32,000 bases of DNA from Schaalia meyeri (GTDB lineage Bacteria; Actinomycetota; Actinomycetes; Actinomycetales; Actinomycetaceae): positions 1 through 32,000 of the forward strand of contig NZ_FNLK01000001.1 in NCBI RefSeq assembly GCF_900105015.1, read 5' to 3'. The translations under genes were made by a program, and so were the position numbers. Below, one piece after another: positions 15,250-25,023 of this stretch. Position 1 is the stretch's first letter. Every line of letters begins with the position of its first letter. Under the pieces are notes generated by a model that was not told the DNA's origin, did not search any database, and saw nothing but the letters and a program-made list of their open reading frames with translations.

Positions 15250-16423
15250 TGAGTCGATCAGCCGCTGGGGTACGCACAGCGCCAAGTGGGATTTGCTGGC
15301 CGCTCACCTCGGGGAGGATGCCCTGTCGCTGTCCGTGGCGGACATGGAGTTCGCGACGTGTCCCGCGGTGTCGCGCGCGATCAGCGACGCGTGCGCGGCG
15401 GGTATCTTCGGCTACACTGAGGTTTTCGACGATTTCCGCCAGGCCGCGCGGGGGTGGCAGGAGCGCCGCCACGGGTGGCGCCCCGAGACGTCGGACGTGC
15501 ATTTCTTCCCTCGCATCGTCCAATGCGTGTCCGCCCTGTGTTCGATAGTCCTGCCCGAGGCGTTGGGCAGGCCGCCCAGGGTCGTCACCCTGGACCCGGC
15601 GTACGGTCCCATCCTCGAGGTCGTGGAGCGCGCCGGGTGCGAGCTGCGCAGGGTGCCCCTTACCCTCTCCGGCGACACACCCAGCATCCCCGAGGCCTCG
15701 TTCGCTGCGGCCATGCGGGACGCGGACCTGCTGCTGTGGTGCAGCCCCCACAACCCGACGGGCCGCGTGTGGACCCCGGAGGAGCTCGACCTGGTTGCCT
15801 CGCTCGCGCTCACGTACGACGTCCTGGTTCTCTCCGACGACATTCACGCCGATTTCCAGCGCCCCGGGCGGGGCCGGTACATTCCGCTCGCCACCCGTTC
15901 GCCGCAGCTGTGGGACTCGGGCCGCCTCATTCAGTGCGCGTCCCCGGGAAAGACGTTTAACACCGCCGGGCTAGAGGCCTCGGCGATCATCGTGCGCGGG
16001 CAGCTCGGGGCGCAACTGGAGGAAGCGAAGCGCCTCATGGGGCTGCACAACCCGAATTTCTTCGCGATTCCGGCGACGATCGCCGCGTGGAGCAAGGGCG
16101 ACGAATGGGTGGATCGGCTGTGCCAGCGGATCGATGCCAACCTGGACGTCGCGGCCGCGCGCCTGCGGGCACGCCTCCCCCGCGCGCGCGTCATCGACCC
16201 CGATGGGACGTTCCTGGTGTGGGTGGATGCGCGCCCCTACCTCGGCTCGTCCGCCCTCCTTGACCAGGCCGTGGCGCGCGCCAGGGTCGCCGTTTCCCCG
16301 GGGGAGGACTTCGGAAAGGAATACGGAGGATTTTTCCGTATCAACGTGGCGCTCCCGGAGCGGGATCTGGAGCGCGCGCTGGACCGTCTGTGCCAGGCTA
16401 TCCTCGCGCTCTCAACTCACTAA
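15242..16423 (+). CDS. patB: PatB/MalY-type PLP-dependent C-S lyase (cystathionine beta-lyase family aminotransferase)
   Basis: Start trimmed to MFDESISRWGTHSAKWD (ATG 15242, GAGGAGGA RBS, 8-nt overlap with the regulator's stop). The RWGT.S.KWD N-terminus, SPHNPTGRVW and SP.KTFN (PLP-lysine region) are typical of the MalY/PatB subfamily. Confidence 0.85.
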   Translation: MFDESISRWGTHSAKWDLLAAHLGEDALSLSVADMEFATCPAVSRAISDACAAGIFGYTEVFDDFRQAARGWQERRHGWRPETSDVHFFPRIVQCVSALCSIVLPEALGRPPRVVTLDPAYGPILEVVERAGCELRRVPLTLSGDTPSIPEASFAAAMRDADLLLWCSPHNPTGRVWTPEELDLVASLALTYDVLVLSDDIHADFQRPGRGRYIPLATRSPQLWDSGRLIQCASPGKTFNTAGLEASAIIVRGQLGAQLEEAKRLMGLHNPNFFAIPATIAAWSKGDEWVDRLCQRIDANLDVAAARLRARLPRARVIDPDGTFLVWVDARPYLGSSALLDQAVARARVAVSPGEDFGKEYGGFFRINVALPERDLERALDRLCQAILALSTH

Positions 16424-16471
16424 ACCGTCTCGCGCGCCGCCGCGCGAACACAACCATCGAAAGGAACGTAG

Positions 16472-17923
16472 ATGTCAGACACCACAACGGAGAAGCGGAC
16501 TCGCCGCACTCCGTCCCTCCTCATCGCAGCGATACCTGCGGTCACACTGATCGTCCTGCTGGGGGGCGGCTATATCGCGGCGAGCCTGCCGGTCGAGCCG
16601 CTCCTCATCGCCTCGGCCGTCGTCGCTGGGATTGTCGCGATTTCCCTGGGCTACACGTGGGATGAGATCATCGAGGCGATCGCCGAGAAGATCGCGAAGA
16701 CCATGCCGGCGATCCTCATCCTGATCGTCGTCGGCGCACTGATCGGCACGTGGATGGCGGGCGGGACGATCCCCATGCTCATCTACTACGGTCTCAAGAT
16801 CATTAACCCGCAGTTCCTGGCGCTGATCGCCCTGGTGGTGACGGCCATCGTCTCGCTGTGTACGGGCACCTCGTGGGGATCCGCGGGCACGATCGGCGTG
16901 GCCTTCATGGGCGTCGCGGTCGGCGTGGGTGCGAACCTGCCGATGGTCGCGGGCGCGATCGTCGCGGGCGCCTATTTCGGCGACAAGCTCTCTCCCCTGT
17001 CGGACACGACGAACATCGCGTCGCTGGCGACGGGCGTCAACCTGTTTACGCACATTCGTCACCTGCTGTGGACGACGGTGCCCGCGTTCCTCACCTCCGC
17101 GGTCGTGTACCTGATTTTCGGCCTCCAGTCCTCGGGTGGCACGGTCCCCGAGAAGGTAGAGACGATCCTGGCCACTTTGGATTCCGCGTTCAACTGGAAC
17201 CTGCTCCTGCTGGTTCCCGTCATCGTCGTCCTGGCCGGGTCCATCATGAAGCTGCCGACGGTGCCCGTCATGCTCGTGTCGTGCGTGACCGCGATGTTCA
17301 ACGCGATTGTCTTCCAGCACGTGTCGTTTAAGGATTCCGTCGTGGCGTCGGTGACCGGTTTCAAGGTCACCATGGTGGGCAAGGCTGGATTCGCGGCGGA
17401 TTCGGTCATCAAGGACGTCACTCGCCTGCTGGAGCGCGGCGGCATGAACTCGATGATGAGCGTCCTGCTGATCTGTTTCTGCGCGATCGCATTCGCGGGC
17501 GCGGTGTCCGTGTCGGGTTCGCTGGACGTGCTGATCTCGCGTCTGCTCGCGCCCGTGAAGTCCACGTTCGCCCTGATCGCGTCCACGATCATCACGGGCC
17601 TGGCCGTCATCGGCATCACCTCCAACGGCCAGGTGTCCCTGCTGATCCCGGGCGAGATGTTGCGCGGCGAATACGTGAAGCGGGGCTTGCACCCGAAGAA
17701 CCTGTCTCGAACCATCGAGGACGCGGCGACCGTGTGGGAGCCGATCTTGCCGTGGACGTCGGCGGGCGCCTACATGGCGGGGACACTGGGCGTCGCCACC
17801 CTGTCGTACATGCCGTGGGCGATCTCCAACTGGATCGCTATCCTCTTCGCTCTCCTGTGGGGGGCGACCGGCATCGGCATCGCGAAGCTGACGCCGCAGG
17901 AACAGGAGGAACTCGAAGCCTGA
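16472..17923 (+). CDS. NhaC-family membrane transporter (annotated family: Na+/H+ antiporter NhaC; true substrate possibly an amino acid)
   Basis: 483 aa and about 11-12 TM segments. The overall pattern (GTWMAGGTIPMLIYYG, SWGSAGTIGVAFMGV, SPLSDTTN) matches the NhaC family. Confidence 0.85.
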   Translation: MSDTTTEKRTRRTPSLLIAAIPAVTLIVLLGGGYIAASLPVEPLLIASAVVAGIVAISLGYTWDEIIEAIAEKIAKTMPAILILIVVGALIGTWMAGGTIPMLIYYGLKIINPQFLALIALVVTAIVSLCTGTSWGSAGTIGVAFMGVAVGVGANLPMVAGAIVAGAYFGDKLSPLSDTTNIASLATGVNLFTHIRHLLWTTVPAFLTSAVVYLIFGLQSSGGTVPEKVETILATLDSAFNWNLLLLVPVIVVLAGSIMKLPTVPVMLVSCVTAMFNAIVFQHVSFKDSVVASVTGFKVTMVGKAGFAADSVIKDVTRLLERGGMNSMMSVLLICFCAIAFAGAVSVSGSLDVLISRLLAPVKSTFALIASTIITGLAVIGITSNGQVSLLIPGEMLRGEYVKRGLHPKNLSRTIEDAATVWEPILPWTSAGAYMAGTLGVATLSYMPWAISNWIAILFALLWGATGIGIAKLTPQEQEELEA

Positions 17924-17933
17924 TCTTTGCGTA

Positions 17934-17975
17934 AAGTTGGGGGGCGCCCTAAAGGGCGCCCCCCAACTCGTTTTT
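17934..17975 (+). terminator. Rho-independent terminator of the nhaC-family operon
   Basis: AAGTTGGGGGGCGCCC-TAAA-GGGCGCCCCCCAACT followed by CGTTTTT. It is a perfect GC-rich stem with a U-tract, 11 nt after the stop codon. Confidence 0.85.
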
Positions 17976-18050
17976 CGCAACGTTGTGGCCCGAGCACTTT
18001 TACGACTGTCTCCGCAAACGAGCCGCCTCGTTTCGTCTTAGCTGCACCCG

Positions 18051-18082
18051 CCCGCCCGGTGGGCCAACACCGACCGGGCGGG
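18051..18082 (-). terminator. Candidate hairpin terminator after the Zn-ADH gene
   Basis: CCCGCCCGGT (18051-18060) and ACCGGGCGGG (18073-18082) form a 10-bp stem with a 12-nt loop, just downstream of the minus-strand stop at 18090. There is no U-tract. Confidence 0.3.
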
Positions 18083-18089
18083 GGCTGGC

Positions 18090-19124
18090 TCACGAGAGTT
18101 TCAACAGGACTTTGGATGATCCCGTCGAACGATCGGCGGCTGTTTCGAACGCACGAAGGGCGTCGTCGATGTCGAACGTGTGTGTCAACAGGGGTTCAAC
18201 ATCGAGGCCACCGGCCAAGGAGTCGACCGCATCGGTGATCTCGTCAATGAAACGGAACGATCCGATGTACTCGAGTTCGCGCGTCACCAATTGACCAAGG
18301 GCAGCAGGTGATTCGGAGGCGGCCATGTTGCCGACTTGGATCACGCGACCGCCCCTGACGACGGAGAGGAAGATATCGCCAAGGGCGCGGGAGGCCCCGC
18401 TCGCCTCGAATGCGAGATCGACCTCAGCGGGCAGAGGAGCGCCCTCGGAGCGGTTGATGGTCTCGTCCGCCCCCATGGCCTGGGCTATGCGAAGCGCAGA
18501 CTCCGACATGTCCGCGGCGTAAATCGTTGCGGCGCCCGCGCGTTTGGCCGCGGCGACGACGAGCGCCCCGATAGGTCCCGTGCCGTTGACCAGGATCCTC
18601 TTTCCCGCAACGCTCCCCGCTCGATTGACGGCGTGCGTGGCCACCCCGAGCGGCTCGGCCACCGCGCCGTGCCGAGTGGACACGTTCGACGGTAACAATC
18701 GGATCTGGTCTTCGCGGGCCACCTTATACGTAGAAAACCCACCCTCTTCGTGGGGGCTGCACGCCGCTGAACCAAAGTAGCGGCATTCCGGCCACAGGTT
18801 GTCCCGGCCTTCGAGGTGTGGCGGCATCACGTGTTCACCGACGAGGGTCGCCGGGTGAACCGTCACCCGATCACCAACGTTGAGGGTCGTGACACCGGGA
18901 CCAATCTGATCGATGGTGCCCGCGACCTCGTGGCCCAGCGTTAACGGGTATTTCAACACGGCGGTGCCCGAAACTCCGTGGCGCCAATACGCCAGGTCGG
19001 ATCCGCAGATCCCACCCCATTCCATCTTGATGCGGACTTCACCGTGTCCGGCTTTCGGGTCGGGCACCTCGTCCACGCGAAGCTCGACGGCGCCACCGGT
19101 TTTATGAACTCGTACGGCTTGCAT
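18090..19124 (-). CDS. Zn-dependent medium-chain dehydrogenase, L-idonate / L-gulonate / L-galactonate 5-dehydrogenase-like
   Basis: Start trimmed to MQAVRVHKTG (ATG 19124), which overlaps the MFS gene's stop as TAATG. Motifs: GGICGSDLAYWRHG, LGHEVAG, and NAD fold GTGPIGALVVAAAKRAGA. The overall alignment resembles IdnD-type enzymes. Confidence 0.85.
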   Translation of the reverse strand: MQAVRVHKTGGAVELRVDEVPDPKAGHGEVRIKMEWGGICGSDLAYWRHGVSGTAVLKYPLTLGHEVAGTIDQIGPGVTTLNVGDRVTVHPATLVGEHVMPPHLEGRDNLWPECRYFGSAACSPHEEGGFSTYKVAREDQIRLLPSNVSTRHGAVAEPLGVATHAVNRAGSVAGKRILVNGTGPIGALVVAAAKRAGAATIYAADMSESALRIAQAMGADETINRSEGAPLPAEVDLAFEASGASRALGDIFLSVVRGGRVIQVGNMAASESPAALGQLVTRELEYIGSFRFIDEITDAVDSLAGGLDVEPLLTHTFDIDDALRAFETAADRSTGSSKVLLKLS

Positions 19125-20587
19125 TACATTGCATCCTCTCGGATCGTGAGATCGCGTCCAGCGATCTCCGGCATAACTAGTGAGGCAATCAGGGTTGAGC
19201 CCGTGTAGAAGGCCATGAGAATCGCGAGAGCGATCCACGACTGGAAGTAGGTGACCAGTGCCGCGGCGATCAAGGGTCCGAATCCCGCTGTGATCAAGTT
19301 GGGGATTTCTTTCGACAGGGCGAGCTGCTCATACCTGTGGGCCGAGCCGAAGCACTCGGCCATCGTGATGTTCTCCAGCGAGAACAACGACAAAACGGTG
19401 ATGTTGTGCAAAACGATGTACCCGATGAAGAACAGCAGCGTCGGGTTTGAATAGTGGGCCACGTTTCCGTTGGCCGTCGCTTCCATAATCGTGTCCGTAC
19501 CGAGGTTGTTCAGCATGAGGAGGAAGGACGGGACGATCACGACGAGCCCGAGTAATGTCACGATCGTGTACATGCGCTTTCGGCCAATGTGGTCGCCAAT
19601 CCAACCGATGAGCGGCACACTCACGAATCCGACGATGGAGGAGTAGACGACCGTGTTCGTCGTCACGGACTTCGCGAGCAGGACGTTGGCCGTGAGGAAT
19701 GTGATGAGGTATGTCTGCACCATGCCGGAGTTCCCGGACTGCCCAAAACGGAGGACGGAGGCGATCAGGAAGGCCTTGATCGACCGTGGGGTCTTCGCGA
19801 TCTCTTCCTGGACGGCGGTCCGGGTCGGGGTTTTGCTGGCGTCGCGCGACCCCGCGGACAGGGGCTGATCGTAGGCGGCTATTATCTCTTCGGTGGTCGC
19901 CTCGAAAACGGGAGTCTCTTTCAGGTGGAATCGGATATAGACGGCCAGGCCCATGACGACGATCGAGGCCAAGAACGGGATCCTCCACCCCCATGCGATC
20001 ACGGCATCGGAGCCCACGAAATGAAGCAGGACCGCCCAGATCGCAGCAGCGCCCAGGGTGCCAGAATTCGTCCCGAGGGCGACCAGCGAGGAAATGATGC
20101 CGCGCCGTTTACGGGAGGCGTACTCGGCCAGCATCACCGAGGCGCCGGCGATTTCTGCGCCCGCGCCGAAGCCCTGCACGAGGCGGAGCAGTACGAGCAG
20201 GATCGGTGCGAGGATTCCGACTTGATCGAATGTGGGGAGGGCGCCGATCAGGGTCGTCGCAATGCCCATCATCGCGATCGTGATGAACAGGACCTTGGTT
20301 CGACCGATGCGATCCCCCATGCGTCCGAAGTACCACGCACCGAGGGGTCGCGCGATATAGCCGACGCCGTAGACGGCCATTGCGGACATGATCTGAACCG
20401 CTTGTGAGCCGTGTCCAAAGAAAATGTCCTTGAAGACCAGGGCGGCCGCCAGGGAGTACAACTGGAAGTCCATGAACTCCAGTGCCGTCCCCAGCCAACC
20501 GCTCATAGCAGCCTTAACGAGGTCGCCGGTCGTCCGCGTGACTAACGGCTCGGCCCCGCGGGCGCCGACTTCAGGTGCTTTCGTCAT
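19124..20587 (-). CDS. MFS transporter, metabolite:H+ symporter (MHS) type, probably a sugar-acid/carboxylate importer
   Basis: 487 aa with 12 TM. MHS-like N-terminal motif GTALEFMDFQLYSLAA and loop GRMGDRIGRTKV. It is co-oriented with and overlaps the ADH gene. Confidence 0.85.
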   Translation of the reverse strand: MTKAPEVGARGAEPLVTRTTGDLVKAAMSGWLGTALEFMDFQLYSLAAALVFKDIFFGHGSQAVQIMSAMAVYGVGYIARPLGAWYFGRMGDRIGRTKVLFITIAMMGIATTLIGALPTFDQVGILAPILLVLLRLVQGFGAGAEIAGASVMLAEYASRKRRGIISSLVALGTNSGTLGAAAIWAVLLHFVGSDAVIAWGWRIPFLASIVVMGLAVYIRFHLKETPVFEATTEEIIAAYDQPLSAGSRDASKTPTRTAVQEEIAKTPRSIKAFLIASVLRFGQSGNSGMVQTYLITFLTANVLLAKSVTTNTVVYSSIVGFVSVPLIGWIGDHIGRKRMYTIVTLLGLVVIVPSFLLMLNNLGTDTIMEATANGNVAHYSNPTLLFFIGYIVLHNITVLSLFSLENITMAECFGSAHRYEQLALSKEIPNLITAGFGPLIAAALVTYFQSWIALAILMAFYTGSTLIASLVMPEIAGRDLTIREDAM

Positions 20588-20617
20588 TGAAATGCCTTTC
20601 TTATGCGTGTGTTAGTC

Positions 20618-20641
20618 CCGTGGCCCCCTTCGGGGACACGG
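20618..20641 (-). other. Intercistronic stem-loop between uxuA and the MFS gene
   Basis: CCGTGGCCCC-CTTC-GGGGACACGG forms a 10-bp stem with one mismatch. It sits in the 59-nt gap between the uxuA stop (20647) and the MFS start (20587). There is no U-tract. Confidence 0.3.
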
Positions 20642-20646
20642 CGCTT

Positions 20647-21720
20647 TCAGCGTGAATCTTCCTTGCTGATGGCCTCGTAAAGACCGTTGAGATAGACCAG
20701 CCCCAGCGCCCGGTCGTAGAGGGGGTAGCCCGCTCGCCCGGATTCCCCCCAGATCATGCGACCGTGGTCGGGGCGCACGTACGCGTTCGGGCAGGCGTCG
20801 TGGATGGCCCGCATGATCGCGTGCATGTCGAGGTTGCCATCGCTGGACAGGTGCGCCGCCTCTTGGAAGTGCTTGTCCCCCAGGTACCGGACGTTTCTGA
20901 CATGCGCGGCGGCGATGCGTCCACGTTCCCCAAAGCGCCGGAAAATGCCGGGAACGTCGTTCTCGGGATTGGAACCCAGCGAACCGGAGCACACGCACAG
21001 CGAGTTCGCCGCGGAATCGACGAGGCCGACGATTTTCTCCAGGTCACTCTCCTTGTTGCAAATCCGTGGAATGCCGAATAGCGGCCACGCGGGGTCGTCG
21101 GGATGGACCGCCATGCGAATGCCGACGCGCTCACACGTGGGGATAATTCCCTCCAGGAAGTACCTGTAGTTTTCCCGCAGGCCGTCCTCGGTCATCGCCG
21201 TGTATTCGGCCATCACCTCATCGAGGTGGGCCATGCGATCGGGTTCCCATCCCGGAAGGGGGAAGGAGGATCCGTCGAGGGTCGCCTTCACGATGTCCTG
21301 CGGCGTCATCCCCGCAAGTTTTTCGTGGTCGTAGTACAGGCACGTCGACCCGTCGGGGTTGACGTGGTTGAGTTCCGTGCGAAGCCAGTCGAAAACGGGC
21401 ATGAAGTTATACACGACGACCTTGATCCCGAACTGTGCCAGGTTCTCCAGGGTCGCGCAGTAGTTTTTGATGTACTCGTCTCGCGAAGGTTTGCCGAGTT
21501 TAATGTCCTCGTGCACGTTGACCGACTCGATGACCTCCACCTCGAGGCCCGCGGCGTGGACCTCGTCTACGTATGAACGGATCTCCTCCTGTGGCCACAC
21601 CTGGCCCACGGGGATCCAGTCCATCGCGCCCATCAGGCCCGTTGCGCCGGGGATTTGCTTAATGTATTGGAGTGGGATGGGGTCATACTGGCTTCCATAC
21701 CAGCGGAACGTCATTTTCAT
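20647..21720 (-). CDS. uxuA: Mannonate dehydratase
   Basis: 357 aa. The N-terminus [25 protein letters not shown] is classic UxuA. It has an ATGA overlap with the upstream uxuB. Confidence 0.95.
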   Translation of the reverse strand: MKMTFRWYGSQYDPIPLQYIKQIPGATGLMGAMDWIPVGQVWPQEEIRSYVDEVHAAGLEVEVIESVNVHEDIKLGKPSRDEYIKNYCATLENLAQFGIKVVVYNFMPVFDWLRTELNHVNPDGSTCLYYDHEKLAGMTPQDIVKATLDGSSFPLPGWEPDRMAHLDEVMAEYTAMTEDGLRENYRYFLEGIIPTCERVGIRMAVHPDDPAWPLFGIPRICNKESDLEKIVGLVDSAANSLCVCSGSLGSNPENDVPGIFRRFGERGRIAAAHVRNVRYLGDKHFQEAAHLSSDGNLDMHAIMRAIHDACPNAYVRPDHGRMIWGESGRAGYPLYDRALGLVYLNGLYEAISKEDSR

Positions 21721-23327
21721 TGTGCGAACTCCTTGTCGAGTAGGGACCGAACGGCGTGGGGGCCGACGATCATCTGGGCGAAGAACTCCTCGACCTTCGC
21801 GGCGAGGGGCGTTGTGTAGAGGTCGATTCCAAAGATCTCGGGGCGTGAGAGAATTGGTCGCAAAGCCCCGCGAGCCGTGGCGACCTCGCCGAGGCTAACG
21901 CATGAAAGCACTGAGCGAAGTTCCGTCAGGAGGGGGTCTGGGGACAGCTCGATGGGCTCGCCGTCGTCGCCGACTCCCATGAGGTACCGGCACCAGGCGG
22001 AAAAGACGAAGGGGATCGCGACCAGGTGATCGAGGCCGTGCGCGTCCGTGGCCAGGTAGGCTTTGATCGTCTCGCCGAAACGGATGGGGATCTTTTGGGA
22101 CGTGTCCGTTGCAATGCGCTGGGGCGTGTCACCGAGGAACGCATTCGGGAAACGTTCTTCCTCCACCTCCCGCAGAAAATCGTTGGGCGAGACGACTCCG
22201 GGATCGACGACGACGGGCATTCCCTCGTCCCAGCCGAGTCGGTGGACGAGGCCGGCCAGCCCGGGGTCGTGCATCTCCGCGTCGATGGTCGGTTTCCGCA
22301 GGAGCACGCCCGTGATCGCCAGGGCGGTGTGAAGGGGGTTCAGGCACGCCGTCACCTTCATGTGTTCGAAGCGATCACAGGTGCGCCTGTCCGTGAAGTG
22401 GACTCCCACCTTCTCCAGGCGGGGTCGGCCGTTGGGAAATGAATCCTCGATGACGAGGTATTCCGCTGGTTCGGTGTTCACGAAGCCCGCGAGTGGCGTG
22501 GGACCGACGTCTGTTTTGAGCGCCATGTCGTTCAGTCCCAGCGCTTGAAGGCGATTGGAGACCGCTTGGGCGGGGCGGGGGGTGATTTTGTCGATGACAG
22601 AAATCGGGAACGAGACGCGGGTTTCATCGTTGAGCCACGTCAGGAAGTCGCTTTTGACTTTGCCTCGCAGGTGCCACTGCCGGGCGATAGTGGTCACTGA
22701 GTCCTTGAGTTTGTCGCCATTGCGGGAAAAATTGTCGCACGAGAGCAGGGCCAGCGGTTCGCCGCCGGCGGCGAACCGCTGGTACAGCAGTCCGGTGAGC
22801 ATCGCCATGGTGTGTGACATCGGTTCGGCGGGGTCTTTTTCGAGGTCGTGTCGCACAGGTTCCTGGAACGATCCGTCAAGGGTTCTCAGTTGGTAGCCCT
22901 TTTCGGTGATGGTGAAGGACACGATCTGCAGCGAAGGAGTTGTAAAGAGCTCGGTTGCGCGGGCGAAATCGTCTGCGCGCCGGTAGGCGAGGCCCTCGCA
23001 GATCGAACCGATGACGGCCAGGTCGGTCTCGCCGTCGGCGTGCAGGGTGACTCCCAGCGTGAGCAGATCGAACGCCGCCAGCTGGACGTCGAGCTCGGTG
23101 GGTAACAGGGGAACTATGGCGCTGATCCCGCACTGGGGTTCGCCGAGATTCATCAGGTCTTGTGCCAGGCGCGCGATGTAGACGCGGAAAATGTTGCCCG
23201 GACCGAAGTGGGCCCAGCGCGGCTGGCGTCGGGCTTCGTCGCGCATCGCGCGAACATTGAATCGGGGCACTTCGATATCGGTGCCCGCGAACCCGTTGGC
23301 CTCTAGTGTGTCCAGCGTAAGCCTCAT
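21717..23327 (-). CDS. uxuB: Mannitol-dehydrogenase-family fructuronate reductase (D-mannonate oxidoreductase)
   Basis: 536 aa. N-terminal dinucleotide fold [13 protein letters not shown] and long-chain mannitol dehydrogenase architecture. It is translationally coupled to uxuA. Confidence 0.85.
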   Translation of the reverse strand: MRLTLDTLEANGFAGTDIEVPRFNVRAMRDEARRQPRWAHFGPGNIFRVYIARLAQDLMNLGEPQCGISAIVPLLPTELDVQLAAFDLLTLGVTLHADGETDLAVIGSICEGLAYRRADDFARATELFTTPSLQIVSFTITEKGYQLRTLDGSFQEPVRHDLEKDPAEPMSHTMAMLTGLLYQRFAAGGEPLALLSCDNFSRNGDKLKDSVTTIARQWHLRGKVKSDFLTWLNDETRVSFPISVIDKITPRPAQAVSNRLQALGLNDMALKTDVGPTPLAGFVNTEPAEYLVIEDSFPNGRPRLEKVGVHFTDRRTCDRFEHMKVTACLNPLHTALAITGVLLRKPTIDAEMHDPGLAGLVHRLGWDEGMPVVVDPGVVSPNDFLREVEEERFPNAFLGDTPQRIATDTSQKIPIRFGETIKAYLATDAHGLDHLVAIPFVFSAWCRYLMGVGDDGEPIELSPDPLLTELRSVLSCVSLGEVATARGALRPILSRPEIFGIDLYTTPLAAKVEEFFAQMIVGPHAVRSLLDKEFAQ

Positions 23328-23351
23328 TGCTTATCCTCCATGGTTGAGCAC

Positions 23352-23380
23352 ACAAACGTTTCATACAGCGAAACGCTTGT
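23352..23380. promoter_or_regulatory. Candidate IclR/KdgR-type operator in the uxuB / iclR divergent region
   Basis: ACAAACGTTTC-ATACAGC-GAAACGCTTGT has 11-bp inverted arms with one mismatch. Related GTTTC(A/G) elements recur at 23484-23491 (TGTTTCAT, inside the small palindrome AGGATGA-N7-TCATCCT at 23474-23494) and at 23503-23513 (AACGTTTCGCA). Confidence 0.35.
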
Positions 23381-23554
23381 TTCTATTGGTTAAATCTTAG
23401 CTTACCGGGGTTGAGGGGTCAACGATGATTTTTAGCGTCTGCGTGCGCCTTCCATTCTTAATAGGGTCGTGTTAGGATGACAGTGTTTCATCCTGCCAAA
23501 CCAACGTTTCGCATAGTTGGTAAAGTGCGCGAGGTGTCTGACAAGGAGGCAGAG

Positions 23555-24355
23555 ATGGGTGGAAGGGGAGCCGAGGCTTCACGAGGGCGTGGCGAGCCGC
23601 CCGTCATTGGCTCAGTCGACAAGGCGTTGCGGGTCATCGAGCGCATGTCCCGGCTTGACGCCCGTGGCTGCGGCCTTTCGGAGTTGGCAGCCGACCTCTC
23701 CCTCAACAAGTCCAGCCTGCACCACACCCTTGCCACTCTCAAGGCGAGGCACTGGGTCGAACAGGACTCAGACGGTCGCTACCACCTCGGGCCCGCCTCG
23801 TCGGTCGTCGCCCATTGGTGGGGCGGGTCCGACAGGGTGACCGCTGCGTTGCACCCGATCCTAGAAGTCATTTGCGAGCAGTCCTGCGAATTGGTGCACC
23901 TCGGTATCCTTTCCGAAAAGTTCGTCGTGTACATGGACAAGGTCGAACCTGATCGGGCCGTGCGCGTATGGTCCCAGGTGGGAAGACGCGTGGCGGCGGC
24001 CGTCACCGCCATGGGGCGGGCATTGATCGGAGCGCAACCACAGGACACCCCTGACATCGACGCCTGGCTCACTGCCGTGCCGGACGCCCCGCCGCGTTTG
24101 CGTGGGCGGCTAACCGACGAGATCGCACGCGTGCGCACGCACGGATACGCGATTGAAATCGAGGAGAACGAGCCCGGCATCGCCTGTGTCGGCGTCCCCC
24201 TGCTGGTGGTGGGAAATCCTGTGGCGGCTGTGTCGATCACGATGCCCGTTGAGCGCTGCAGCCACGAGCGGCTCCGCGACCTCGCCGCCCTCATCATCCG
24301 TTCCGTCAACGATGCATCGCCGGAGGAAATCGCTGTGGCATCGCCACATCCCTAA
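23555..24355 (+). CDS. IclR-family transcriptional regulator (KdgR-like by context)
   Basis: Start trimmed to MGGRGAEA (ATG 23555, AAGGAGG RBS). N-terminal HTH: SVDKALRVIERMS...CGLSELAADLSLNKSSLHHTLATLKARHWVEQD. C-terminal IclR effector domain: GYAIEIEENEPGIACVGVPL. Confidence 0.88.
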   Translation: MGGRGAEASRGRGEPPVIGSVDKALRVIERMSRLDARGCGLSELAADLSLNKSSLHHTLATLKARHWVEQDSDGRYHLGPASSVVAHWWGGSDRVTAALHPILEVICEQSCELVHLGILSEKFVVYMDKVEPDRAVRVWSQVGRRVAAAVTAMGRALIGAQPQDTPDIDAWLTAVPDAPPRLRGRLTDEIARVRTHGYAIEIEENEPGIACVGVPLLVVGNPVAAVSITMPVERCSHERLRDLAALIIRSVNDASPEEIAVASPHP

Positions 24356-24390
24356 TGCACTCACAACCCGTCGCATAACAAGGAGGTCCT

Positions 24391-25023
24391 ATGCGTCTCG
24401 ATCAAATACTACGCGCCAACCCGGTGATACCGGTCGTGGTCGTCAACGATGCACAAGAGGGGGTGGACGTGGGGCGTGCCCTGGTCGCGGGCGGGATCAG
24501 CACCGCAGAGGTGACGTTCAGGACCGCGGCCGCCCCCGACGCAATAGAAGCCATGAACGGCATCGACGGGCTCGTGGTGGGCGCGGGAACCGTGCTGAAC
24601 GCGCACCAGGCGAAACGAGCGATCGAATCGGGGGCGCGCTACGTGGTGTCCCCCGGTTTTTCGGCGGACATCGTCCGCACGTGCCAGGAGGCGGGAGTGC
24701 CCGCGCTGCCCGGATGCTCAAACGCCAGTCTCATCATGGCCGCGCTCGCGATGGGCATCGATGTCGTGAAGTTCTTCCCGGCCAACATCCTCGGAGGGGC
24801 CGGTGCGATCAAGGCCTACTCGGCGGTGTTCCCCGGTCTGCGTTTCGTTCCCACCGGGGGCGTTTCCCCATCACTTCTGCCCGAGTACCTGCGTATGCCC
24901 GAAATCGCGGCATGCGGGGGCTCTTGGATGGTGCGCCGCGAACTGGTTGAGAGCCGCAATTGGGCAACAATCACCGCGCTCAGCGCCGAGGCGGTGCGCA
25001 TCGCGAAGGAGAGCGGGCGATGA
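24391..25023 (+). CDS. eda: 2-dehydro-3-deoxy-phosphogluconate (KDPG) aldolase
   Basis: 210 aa. Motifs: PVIPVVVV, AEVTFRT, GAGTVLN, VVSPG, VKFFPA, FVPTGGV. These are the standard Eda/KHG aldolase pattern. Confidence 0.93.
   Translation: MRLDQILRANPVIPVVVVNDAQEGVDVGRALVAGGISTAEVTFRTAAAPDAIEAMNGIDGLVVGAGTVLNAHQAKRAIESGARYVVSPGFSADIVRTCQEAGVPALPGCSNASLIMAALAMGIDVVKFFPANILGGAGAIKAYSAVFPGLRFVPTGGVSPSLLPEYLRMPEIAACGGSWMVRRELVESRNWATITALSAEAVRIAKESGR

Noticed and set aside
16475-17980. 501-aa minus-strand ORF covering the NhaC-family gene
   Set aside because: Its translation is extremely R/D/H/G-rich and non-hydrophobic. The plus-strand frame gives a coherent 11-12 TM transporter with an RBS and a terminator.
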